A DNA stretch of 64,000 nt from Bugula neritina (lineage: Eukaryota; Animalia; Bryozoa). The first letter of the stretch is position 1, and each line of letters begins with the position of its first letter. Below, piece by piece: positions 12,401 to 23,690 of the stretch. Made by a program: the position numbers and the translations under genes. Under the pieces are notes generated by a model. It was not told the DNA's origin and did not search any database. It saw only the letters and a program-made list of their open reading frames with translations. The stretch covers positions 19,050,628 to 19,114,627 of the forward strand of contig OZ037767.1 in NCBI GenBank assembly GCA_964035545.1. The letters run 5' to 3'.

Positions 12401-15342
12401 ATCTATAACCATGCAAGGCTGGCAAGAATATTACTATCTCATTGCAAATTAGCTAAAATAAAAAGCTACCATTTAAATTATAGACTAGAATTAATTATAA
12501 TTTCAACCCATGTTAAAAATATAGAGACCTCACAATGCAGAGTTTCCCCTTTCTAGTAAGCTCCTCGTGAGTGATTTCAAACTCAGTGTACACTTTGCAG
12601 TTGTCATGGTGGAGCTTTCTTCTACCACCAATATGGGAATTCTTTCTCAAATTGCGAACTCCTTCTCGAATAGTGGAAATGAAATCTTCACGAAGAAGTC
12701 GGAATTGAGTGTCGAGGTAGTCATCTGCATCCTCATATCCTGTTTAATTATTATATGGCAAAAACATCTGATTTGGTAACTATATATGTATACATTATAG
12801 CATGTAACACTCAATTTACCTCTTATAATATATGTATAGTGCTTTAATTGTGGACTTATGTTAGTTGAATATTTCAAAATTTTTCACAATTGAATATTTT
12901 TTTTTGAACTATTAAGCTACCTTGAAAATAAAATTTAAAAAAGAGACTTATCTACATAGAAAAAGGCGCTTAATTCTCCTACTTCTGGCAGGCTTTAGTA
13001 AAGATACTGAAATTATAAAGTGTGCATATAATTTATTCACTCCCTCACATACCTCCAGAAACTTTGTTTCTCCTTAGGCTGACTTTAAATGCGGGGTCTA
13101 TGTCTTTAAGCATAGGTTCAACTGACATACTTCTGAAGTCATCCAAGGGTCGCTTCTCTACACAAACTCTTCCCTTCCTGGCCACATACTCATAGTTCTT
13201 TGCTCTGTATAGAAGCAATAATTATTATTGCGTTCCAGTATCAATGTTGCAATATATATAAAATACATAATTTTTTTTAATTTTGGTTTATTCTTTAAAC
13301 TTAACAGCAAACATGGTAATTATTTTAGAATTTAATTTTACTACTTTTAATTGAAAGCAATCTAAGCAATTAGGTTTAATTTTTTAGCAAGTTGATTTGC
13401 ACGCCAGTATTGTCAATACTATAATAAGCTCTGTGTGACGTTGTTTACATTAGTCATTGCCAGTAAGTCACAACAAATCACAACATGTTTCAGCATGTCA
13501 CAACATGTTACATCATGTCACAGCATGTCACAGTAAGTCACACTGAGTCAAAACATGTCACAGTATATCACAATATGTCACACCAAGTCAAAACATGTCA
13601 CAGTATGTCACAACAAGTCACACTGAGTCACACTGAGTCATAGTGTCACAGACACTTCTAACACAGAGCACCTATCTAATTATATATATGCCTATGTCGT
13701 TAACAAAGTTATTATGCATGTGCCACATGCACTTGTTAGCAGCTTATATCTTAGCACACACTTTAACCGCTGCGAGGTAGTCAAAAAAATTTTCATGCTA
13801 TAAACCTCTTTATACTCACTGCCCACTTTCCTCAAGCTCCTGTTTATAGCATTGATCAGCTAGCTGAATGACGCTGTCATACTCAGCCAGAATACTGGCA
13901 TAGGAGTCAAAGTTTGAAGGAAACGTTCCTTTAAGTATTTTTAAACAAGGCGCTAAGACTTTTCGACTTAAAGGATCAATTCGCAGCAAACTGTTGTAAA
14001 CTTGAAGAAACAAGTGTAGCGATTTTATCAACTTTTTTGGAGGCTCTGCTTGAGACACTAAAATTTCATTCTCCAGTCTTTGCTTACAAATCTGCATTTA
14101 AAAAAATAGTAATATTTTAATAATGAAAACCAAAAACATACCGTTCATAAACACTTTTCTGCTGCAAAAAGAACATTGCAGAATATTTTAATATTGTCCT
14201 ACAGTGTGTTCTGTAGCTGCAACTAACAGCAATGCAAGAAATGCTGAGCTCACTAAAACTGTTATTAGGCGGGTCCAAATGAAACTTGCATTTAGAAAAG
14301 AGAAAGCTAATTGACAGCTATTATACTCAAGACCCTACAATCCAATCAATCTTACCTTTATGGGGGGGGGGGGGCTTGAGCAGTTTTGATGTTACATACA
14401 GTACAGTATGAAAATCTCTTGCAATAACTTTATGACAAGGCAGAAAAGACCCTATATTTAATATTGGTGTTTCAATTTGCATTTATATAGACTGCTTCAA
14501 GTTGGGTTTCTTAATACTCTAAAACCAGCAAATAAGACAATTCCTCATATTTAAAAGTTTTAACTTTTTTCGTTATATGTCATTTTAGCAGAACCTTAAG
14601 TTAATAAAATGTGTATTATATGTTTTTAGCTGTAATAACATCAGCAACTATACCCACCTCTGTGAGAAATTGAGGTTTGTTAAACAGTAGCTCAGTCTTC
14701 AGATTATTTTTATAAGATATCATTATGTCATCAACCTCTAGTGATGTTGCAATTGCCTGTAGTTCAAGGTCGATCCAGTCATGACCCTTCTCACTGTCAG
14801 TGAGCAAATCTAGGAAAGGTTCCTCGCAGCATTTTATGATCGCCTTTACTGGATCTGCTGCGGCAATTTCTTTCAGTCTGAAAAATTGAACGACTTCTGT
14901 TTAATGTGAATCAAACTAGAAGCTTTCTCATAGAAGTAAGCATAAAAATTTATTTTATGATTATATTGAAAATGTTTTGATTGGTTTAGAGACTAAGGTA
15001 ATCAGCCATGAGTTATAAACTATATTAGGGTTAGCAGCTAATAGAAAATAAAACCAATCAATGTATATATATAATGGGGAGAACTACCATTGGCTAGCCA
15101 TAAAAGTAGTAATAATTTCTAATGATGTTTAAAAATAAACATCAGTGAGTTATTGAAGTTTTAATTTTATTTGTACCAAAGAATTGAAAGATGAAAATAT
15201 ATTGATACTGCAGTTTAGCTAGATTAAATTAAACCCAACACATAAATTTCATACTAACTCATTAAACTCAATTGGCCTGCTTCTGTAATATTTTCTGCAA
15301 GATTCTGAACTGCCGGGCTCTTCATTGTCTTCATCAGACTCC
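202..15342 (-). CDS. ZNFX1: ZNFX1-like SF1 (Upf1-like) RNA helicase, paralog A; multi-exon, 3' end beyond left edge, extreme 5' end unresolved
   Basis: Phase-consistent exons in minus-strand order: 15259-15342, 14658-14877, 13820-14091, 13053-13204, 12529-12739, 11722-12069, 11154-11350, 9780-10028, 9489-9628, 8794-8971, 8427-8510, 7936-8019, 4877-5021, 3679-3789, 2665-2855, 1499-1717, 1039-1150, 202-350. Motifs: [44 protein letters not shown] (Walker A), [69 protein letters not shown]. No stop or frameshift found. Confidence 0.93.
2410..2687. repeat. ~31-bp minisatellite derived from a ZNFX1 exon/intron junction
   Basis: Repeated unit ACTAACCAATGAGAATGAGGTGTTACAATAA. The last copy is the real exon end (HLILIG) plus its GTTAGT donor. 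Confidence 0.8.
5196..7392 (+). mobile_element. Degenerate 5'-truncated RTE-clade LINE inside a ZNFX1 intron (antisense to host)
   Basis: RT fragments [62 protein letters not shown], with several frameshifts and stops. Flanking direct repeat TAGCTGCA at 5188-5195 and 7393-7400 (probable TSD). Confidence 0.9.
9341..9429. repeat. (AT)n microsatellite
   Basis: Pure AT dinucleotide run. Confidence 0.98.
13466..13650. repeat. 10-bp tandem repeat (GTCACAACAT-like) in a ZNFX1 intron
   Basis: GTCACA core recurs every 10 bp. Confidence 0.9.
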
Positions 15343-17273
15343 CTATGGTGCAGGAAACAATAGAGCATTACTGTGAAAATACCTGTTAGTGTGTTTAGTC
15401 AGTGTAGCAATATTTTTATTATTAAAATAGACGATTCCACACCATTGCATACTCGCTTAGTAGCAATGTTTGTATTAGAGCAAAAAGGCTAGCAATTAAT
15501 TTTAATTGATAATAGAACCAATTAACTTTTTCCAAATAAAAATCACACATTCTACTTGATTTGCTTGTAAAAAAAAATCAAAGAGATTTTATAACATCTT
15601 TCATGTCTGAAACTGCATCTAACTATTTAGTGAATTTATATTATGTACGTTTCACTTCATAACTAAAAAAATTGCAATAGCTGGTAAAATGTTATTAGAA
15701 GTATCTTTATGTAAACATAGTAAGTGAGAATTTACTTTGGATATATTGAAGATTGCTCCATGTAATAGTCAAGTTAAAGAGTTTAAATTTAAAGTTGAAA
15801 TCATATAAAACAGACAAATTCTGTACATAGTAAATATTATATCAACAAAGCAAGCTGTGAAAAATAAGAACATAAACAACAATATATTAAGAATGTTCAT
15901 CTGCCTTTATTTTTATAGTCTTATTCTACACCACTCTTGAAAATACAAAACAAAGCTCAAAGGCTTCTCTAAAACCTCTGGTGGTATATTATATGTTTCA
16001 GATTTGCAATGAACATTGATCAGAAAAACCTATTGCAGCTAGACACATTTTAGTGATTGTGCAGTTCTATAACTGCGCTCCTGGATGAGTCATTGAGAGT
16101 TATCTGTTCTTTTATTGAAAGTCAAAACAACTGTTTAACTGTCAGAAAAAATTAGAATTTTTATGCATGCATCACTGAAACTTTTCCACTCAGAATAAAA
16201 CCTACAGACAACAGTATTTTATTTAAGTGATGATCAAATGCATTGCAAGGCTTTCCTGCAAAGATTTAGATACACAAATGGTGTATGGGGGGAGAGGGAG
16301 CATGTATCTTTTCAATTCTGCCATCTTATTACTCTTCATGCAATTGAAAAATTTGTTCTGCCTTTACTTTTTAAAAGTTATATTCTATGTAATAGGGGTG
16401 ATGCATAATACTGGCTATATAAGTTCAACATCATCATTCTAATAAAAATTTTCATTTAAGCCAACTTTTAAATGAACAGTTTTTATATAAACAATATTAG
16501 CTAGTGTAGCTCACCCACTATACTTTCTCTTTATAACATCTTTATTCCGGATTTTCCATTTAAGCCAACTCCTCTGCTAGGTGAGTGCTTGTCTTGAAAA
16601 CGCTCTCATTGCAATCAGTGCTAGCACTTGCTATAAAACCTGTGACAAGCAATAATATTGTTTGAACTGGTGCCCCAGTACCTCTTTGTTGTTGAACACT
16701 ATTGATTTTACTTGCTGATTGATGTATTGATGTAATGATGCTGTTTAATCAAAGATATGGTTGAATTCACTAGCACTATTGTATTTTTTTCACCATTTTA
16801 TTACATAAGTATGCTAATGTTTCTTTGAAAAAGTTGTATGCATGATGCATAATTTTCTAATTTGATAGTATACAATCCTTGTAATCAAATATAGTTTTGA
16901 ACTATGCAGTTCAAAAAGTAAATATTATGTTAGTTATATAATCAATTGATATAATTTCACAGATTTTAAATGTAATATTACCTGATATATTGTCAAACCT
17001 GTATGATTTCATCAAAGGTAAAATTATATGTAGCCAGTTGAGATGGTAGCACTGTTGAATTGACTGATCTCGAAAATATGAATTTTATTAGTACATATAA
17101 TTAAAACAAAATGGACCAACAAAAACCTCTTTTTTAAGTTTGTGTCTGATTATTGATATTTCTTAAATCTGACATCAAATTCTGGTACAGGACGCCATAA
17201 TAAGCTGCATGTTTTGTTAAAGATCCATAATACTCAAACTTTGTCTTGTACGTGTTACAATCTTTTGTCTGCT

Positions 17274-17284
17274 GGGGAAGTCCC
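17274..17284 (-). promoter_or_regulatory. kappaB-like site (GGGACTTCCCC) in the 5' region of ZNFX1-like A
   Basis: Matches the GGGRNWYYCC consensus. Function untested. Confidence 0.35.
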
Positions 17285-17727
17285 TGACTTGGAAATTTGT
17301 AAGCAGCAAATATAACACCACACAAAGCACCTGCTCACACAATATCAGCGAATAAATCAATAAAGAAAGAAATGAATTGGAACGCATGAACATTCCAAGA
17401 GCTAGATGTGTCTTCATTATTGTTCAGTGATTTAAACAAAACAAGCTCTATGACACAAGTATAATAAACTAGAGTTAATGTATCTTCCTAACTAACATGC
17501 AGTGCAGCTTTATAGGTGACAACTAGCCACTAACTTCTCGAGTTCATATTGAAATTATTAAAGGGAGTTGTCCCTCCTGGGCAAATAGCTTCACTCAAGC
17601 ACAGTTTGCCTGTGTGTATTGTTGACTTATAACTAACTTATGAACTTTCACTCAGCAACAATTCCATTAAACACTGTTCAAAATTGCTTTATATAGACCA
17701 AAAAATGATAACTGGTTCTATAACACC

Positions 17728-17817
17728 GCGCACGCACGCACGCACACACACGCACACACACACGCACATGCATGCACGCACGCACGCACGCACACACACG
17801 CACACACGCACACACAC
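17728..17817. repeat. (CA)/(CACG) microsatellite
   Basis: Visible directly. Confidence 0.95.
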
Positions 17818-18403
17818 TGCAGATATTTTTTTCTTTTTTTTATTTTTTCGAGAGAACAATAAAAAATTTCACGTTTGTATGAATGGTTGAAGCAGTATTT
17901 CCTCTAACCATTTGATCAAAATGAGCTATCAGCTAATAAAAACAAGTTAAACTTCATTTTATACTAGAATAGTGTCAACCCAATTGATACAAAGCATTAA
18001 TATTAGGTAAGAAAAGCAAATTTCTAAAACAGGGGAGATAATTCCGGCTTTGACTATTGGAGTTTAAGGCTTTAAAAAAGATTATGTTGGTCAGAATGAA
18101 CTAGGAAATGGTGTGACTTATAAGGGCACTATAATAGTGTCTACATACTAGAAATTAACATTCTAGATGCTATACAATTACAAAAGATGGCTGATTCTAG
18201 GTATAGGTACATCTGAAAAAACAATGCATCCTGCTATAGGCTCTGCCTACCTATTAATTTCTAAATAGCATTTTTTATCAGAGAAAGTTTCATAGGTTTA
18301 TAAAATTTCTACTAAATATTTTGAATATTGAATTTAAGTTACTCAAATATACATATTTAGGATTTCATGATGCCACCTTGAAAATTGCCTAACTCCTGCT
18401 TAC

Positions 18404-18478
18404 CCACCCCTTGCAAGCGAGAACCCTCCTCCAGATGCAAAAATGTTACTCGCAGATTTGGAATCAGTAGAATGTTGC
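18404..18478 (-). CDS. Candidate upstream exon of ZNFX1-like A (QHSTDSKSASNIFASGGGFSLARGG)
   Basis: AG acceptor, GTAAGC donor, 75 nt, phase 2 to 2, compatible with exon 15259-15342. No homology support. Confidence 0.4.
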
Positions 18479-20544
18479 CTTAGCAGTGATTTATAGTAAA
18501 AATAGATTAGTTTTGAGGTGCTCCACCAGCCCATTTTTGCATATTAATGTTTTACAATAAATTTAGTGCATTATACATGCCTTGAATCAATTCCAGATGA
18601 TATGGCATATTATTGGACTCAGTGTCAGCAGTATTTTAGAGCTGATACTAATAATTGTTAACTTTGAAATAGATTCACATATTTATAGCAGGGTAGTTTT
18701 AATTGTTTTATCACTTAGCAGCATGTATAGCTCGTGTTCTAAAGAATTCAGGCAAAGTTTGTGGCTATTCTAAAAGCTGCAGCTGCAAAGTCTAGCATAC
18801 ATAAAGTCAGCAACTTAAATATGATATCCTGTCAACTATTGAGACAGTAATATCATATTTCATAACTGCTGGCAAAGAAAAGTTGACAACTCCTGATTAT
18901 GTTGTGACTAGTAGGAGTTCTAAACGAAGATTTAGTTAACGGTCACTTTTTTATCAAAAAATGTTTCTGCTTTAAAGCTAATTCTAAACTGTTTTGTTTG
19001 CTACAAGTTTGCCTAAAACCAGCTCAGTTCTAAATAAGAGCAAAATCAAAATTTTTGTAGTGTAAAACTACAGGGAAAAACATCTCAAGTATACTAGTAA
19101 TAATGTTGGAACAAAATGAAGTTTAAAGTTGCCAAAGATTGAATTTCTTAGTTCAAACTGACACTAAATAGCATTTAGTGTAATAATATAGTCATGCGCT
19201 TAATTAAAGGATTGCTCAATCTTAGTTTATTACAATCACATTATAATTATGAACTATAATCTAATATGTATGCAAACAATTGTGGCTTTGCAAAGGGATA
19301 TGTGCCTAGAAAACAGCTTTTCAAAATTCCAATTTTGAGGGAGGTAAAATTTTCAGCCATGAAAAAGAATAGCCTAATACGTGACGTGTGAACGCCGGTA
19401 ACTATGCTGCACGTGCTAACTATAACGCTAGTATTCAAGGTTGCTGGGCGCAACATCAACCAATAACGCTCAAGCAGTTACAGTGCGCTATATAGGTCAG
19501 CTTTGGTGTGCCCGTAATATTGCACAATCTGACCTAGTTTAGATCGATCGCAGGCATTCATCCTAAAGAACGCATGTTTTTGCAAGGCTTTTTCTAATGT
19601 TTACAAGCAAAATATAGCCTAATGTTATTACATACATGTTATTTAAAATGTCAAAAAACTATAGATTAAGAGAATTCACATTTGCACTTCTATAAATATA
19701 CAAATTACGAGCTGAAAGATCACATCTCACAGTCATATTTCTATAGTTATTCATTTGTATAGTCACGTGACCAGCAGGAATGCTGGCGCTGTTACGTCAC
19801 AGTTCCCAGCTCATTTCAAAATCGGCGTTTTGGCTGTTACCAATCTACACCCTCAACTTCAACTAACTTTTTCTACCTTCGGTCAAATGCTTTTTGTCAA
19901 TGCATGCTTAGAAAAACACAATATTATGTGTGTTTGACCTAAATGGCCATTTATTAGACAAGATAGAGCAATCCTTTAAAGCCTAAACTTGTAAACAAAT
20001 GTATAGCATAATAACTTAGTATAAATAAATGTATAGTACTTATTTGCTGTTTATTGTATGTTGCTGAATTTTCAAAAGGTTAAAAATATTAAACCCTTTT
20101 AGAGCCTAGTTGCATCAAGAGCTACCACTTCACACTTTTTCAGTTTTTAGTCATATAAAAATTATTGGAAAAAATGTTTACAATAATATTTAGTAAAAAG
20201 CTTTTTTCTTGCAAAATACGTCTAAATTTATTTGTTAGATATCTTTCAATGAAACCTTTGCAGCATGCATTTCATGTTCAAGAAAACCATGCTGACTAAA
20301 CTTAATCTAAAAATTAACTATTGGGTTACTGGCTTAAAATTTTATCAAAATAGTTATGTAAAATTAGCAAACAAGATAATATACAATGAATTAAACAATT
20401 GAGAAAATGGTTTGAAACATTTAATTTTTTGAATATTAATTTACTAACAACATACATAGAACGACTATATTGCATATACTTTTGGCAAAGCATCTGTTAA
20501 GTAATAGACAAAACAAAAAAACAGTTGGTTCAGCATTAACAGAT

Positions 20545-22057
20545 CTACACGGAAAGAGAATCTCTTTCACTTCTGTCTTCGTGGTTGGCTGTAGAAGCAA
20601 CATTATCTTTGTGACTGTCCGGAAAGAATTTGTAGAGCTTTCCTTTGCAAACGGCAATGGAAGACGCTATGCCAGGTCGCAGTATGTCTAGCTAAAAAAT
20701 ATTGTCTGTATAGATGTATAAGCAATGCCATGCCATGCAAGTTATTTATTAAACTACGGGTAAATTAAAGTTTGTAATACATAAACTATATTTTATAAAA
20801 CTCCAAAAAAATTTTTATGCAATTTTTGAACTTACATAAATTTTTGATTTAGTAGTTTGATACGCCAGCAAATATACATAATCCAAATATTTATAGACAC
20901 TTTTCTAACTTGCTAGAAAAATATTTCACTGTTGGGTACTATTTCACTACATAGATTAGCTCAGTGTAATATCTCTCTTAAGGTGTTGCATGCCTGACAC
21001 TATATTATATCCTTTTAAATCACTGCTGTAATTGTTTCAGCAACATAAAATTCTAACCTGAATTCTGCTCAGAACAGATTTAGACTTACCCAGCCTGGAT
21101 AGGTTTTCAGACGAGGCTGTAAATTTAGAACTCTTAGAAGAACTTTCTTCAGCTCTGTGATCCTGCTTAGATCACCATATAGTGCACTTTCTATCAGTAC
21201 TTCTTTGAAGAAGGACATTATCTAAAATATGATATAGTGCTAATCTATAAGATCCTTTACTTTGCAAATGAGCATAATATATCTATGACATTCAAATGCT
21301 GATGGAAAAGCATGCTTATGATATTATTACAGTTTTTATGAGATTATTACAGTGAATGATTGAAATCAATCTCTTTACGAGGTTAATACAGTAGACGACT
21401 TAAATCAATCTACAGCTAATCACATTTACAACAGAGCTACACTTACGCAGACTGTATACACAATTCCTATGTTAGGCACGCCTTTTACATCCCTCAATGC
21501 ACGCCAAACGTAAGGATTGTATAACATGTACATTTGCAAGCTTATTTCCGACATATTGTAACTGTCATGCTCAGCTTTGTCACCTTGAAGCTCTAGTTTG
21601 TAATGTGCAAAGTTGACTAAAATAACAAAGATGTAAAAATCTAATGCAAGCAAGTCTACTATAATTATGTGAACATATCATAGCATTAAAGTTGTCTGCC
21701 CTTGTATACTTCATGCTCGGAAAGTGAATTTGCAAAGTTTACACATATTGCATTATTTCTTGTAGAAAAATAGATTAAATAAGTTCATTTGCACCTTTGT
21801 TCTTTATTGAATTTACAATCTTCATCAATGTATAAATCAATCTTTTAGTGGAAAAAATATTGAAATAATGCAAAATTACTACTTCTTTTAAAAGCATTCA
21901 AATCCGAAAAGTTAATTATTACAATTTTGAAATGTTGAACAATTTTCCTTTTAACACAGCCAATATTCATCAATAATAATACAAAGTGTCTGGAAGGAAG
22001 GCAAAGTTTGCCAACCAGTACAGTACCCTCTTGAGCCAAGTGTAATGAACTGAGGCT

Positions 22058-22090
<33 letters not shown>

Positions 22091-22867
22091 CATCTGTCAA
22101 AATTGCCAGAAAATATAATTAGCTACCTATATTATCAATTGCAGTGGCATAAACCTCAAAAGCTTCATTAGTATTTTTTCCAAGAAGTTCTAAAACTTGT
22201 TTTGTTCTCTCAGGCTGTACATTAGCATTTGCCAGTTCCTCTTCTATACTGAATTGAATATTTAGAAATTTAAGAACTATTTATGCAATAGTATAAGTAT
22301 CATATAGGTGGGACTAGGCAATGGTCTAAAAAGTTTAGCTATTTGCAGCATCAATAAAAAACTTATCTGGGTTTTGTTCTAATCCGCATAAAAACTTGCA
22401 GCTAGATTACATATTCTGCCTACTTTTCAGAAAGTTATCTATATGTACCACACTGAAATGATGACACATCCACATTTAAGCAGCCAATTATTAAATCTAG
22501 GCATATTTTGAGCTACTTGGTATTAAATTAATAAGATATATAGCAATGAATCTATAATATATTATAATAAATGTTTATTTAAAGCATGTAACATGTTTCA
22601 AGTTGCTTTAACCTTAATTTCTACTTACACAAACATATACAAGTTACCATCACCATGGTCAAAAGTAAAAATAGTGATATATAATGTTGAAAAAAAATCA
22701 GACTACTGCAATATGATGCTATTACCAATGTGTGACTCAAAAGTATGTTATTAAAATATGACTATCTTGTGGTGTAAATGTGACTCATACAATTCAACTC
22801 AGACTTACCGGTGACGAAAATATACTCCAATAATCTCTTCGTTGGTAGGAATCGAGATAGTCGGCAT
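20545..22867 (-). CDS. Divergent Bcl-2-family protein A (209 aa, 5 coding exons)
   Basis: Exons 22809-22867, 22127-22248, 21447-21616, 21090-21221, 20545-20691, all GT-AG, 630 nt in frame. Protein: MPTISIPTNEEIIGVYFRHRIEEELANANVQPERTKQVLELLGKNTNEAFEVYATAIDNIVNFAHYKLELQGDKAEHDSYNMSEISLQMYMLYNPYVWRALRDVKGVPNIGIVYTVCIMSFFKEVLIESALYGDLSRITELKKVLLRVLNLQPRLKTYPGW|LDILRPGIASSIAVCKGKLYKFFPDSHKDNVASTANHEDRSERDSLSV. Correspondences: BH4-like NEEIIGVYFRHRI (Bcl-2 NREIVMKYIHYKL); BH3-like KQVLELLG (Bcl-xL KQALREAG); MSFFKEVLIES (FSFGGALCVES); BH2-like LNLQPRLKTYPGW (LNDHLEPWIQENGGW) with a phase-0 intron right after the Trp. Confidence 0.78.
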
Positions 22868-23112
22868 CTCTACTAATCAAAAATTTTCGATCAACGAAAC
22901 AACAAATTAAAGCTTTGCTCTTAAAAAAATTCAATGCTGTAAAATTATTCAAATATTTACAAAATACTTTGATTGTAACATTAACTAACAATAGGGAACT
23001 TCAGTCAACTGAAAGATAATTTGTAGCTTAAAAAATCAAAAGTTTACAGCTATGATACAAACTAATAAATGGCTGTTATAGCTATAGATTCTTTTTATCA
23101 CTGTGATATATC

Positions 23113-23251
23113 TGTAATATTAACCTACCAGGCTAAGCTCTAGCTCCAGAGTATTTTGTGTTGGCTTTCGTTCGGCTATCACTTATCAGTAGCTTTAGTA
23201 CCTGCTAGCTTGTAGCTTGTCAGTAGCTTGTCAACATCGGATCATCTTACA
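23113..23251 (-). mobile_element. Solo LTR of the family at 54049-56711
   Basis: TG...CA ends and close match to the 128-bp LTRs. Absent from the paralogous site (CTGTGAT-GTAAC-CTTAG at ~36422). Confidence 0.9.
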
Positions 23252-23690
23252 GTAACCTCAGTCTTTTGTAAAAAACAAAGATAAGTGATTGCTGACATAA
23301 ATTTGTAATGAACATTAAATTAGATGCTAGTACAATGCAGTTATTTTTGAATTGAGCCTAAGCTATCATTGAACATGTTATCATGGCTCTGCTTATTATT
23401 ATTTTTCCCTACGTAAGTTTCTGCAAAGTTATATTAATAACATCTATTTTTGTGCAGAACTTAAATGTTGCTGGTAAGAAATGAAATGTAACTGATATCA
23501 GGTGCATGCTTCAGGAGTTATCTCCCATATGAACAAATACATCCATTGAGTTTTATTTACCTTGACATATATAAAGTGTGGTGTGAGTAATTTATAAACC
23601 AGCATTTTATATCAAGTCATCAGAAGAAATATTGATATCTCAACCAAGCGTTGTTTTGAGTTAAGAGTCTACACTTTATCAAATAGAAAA

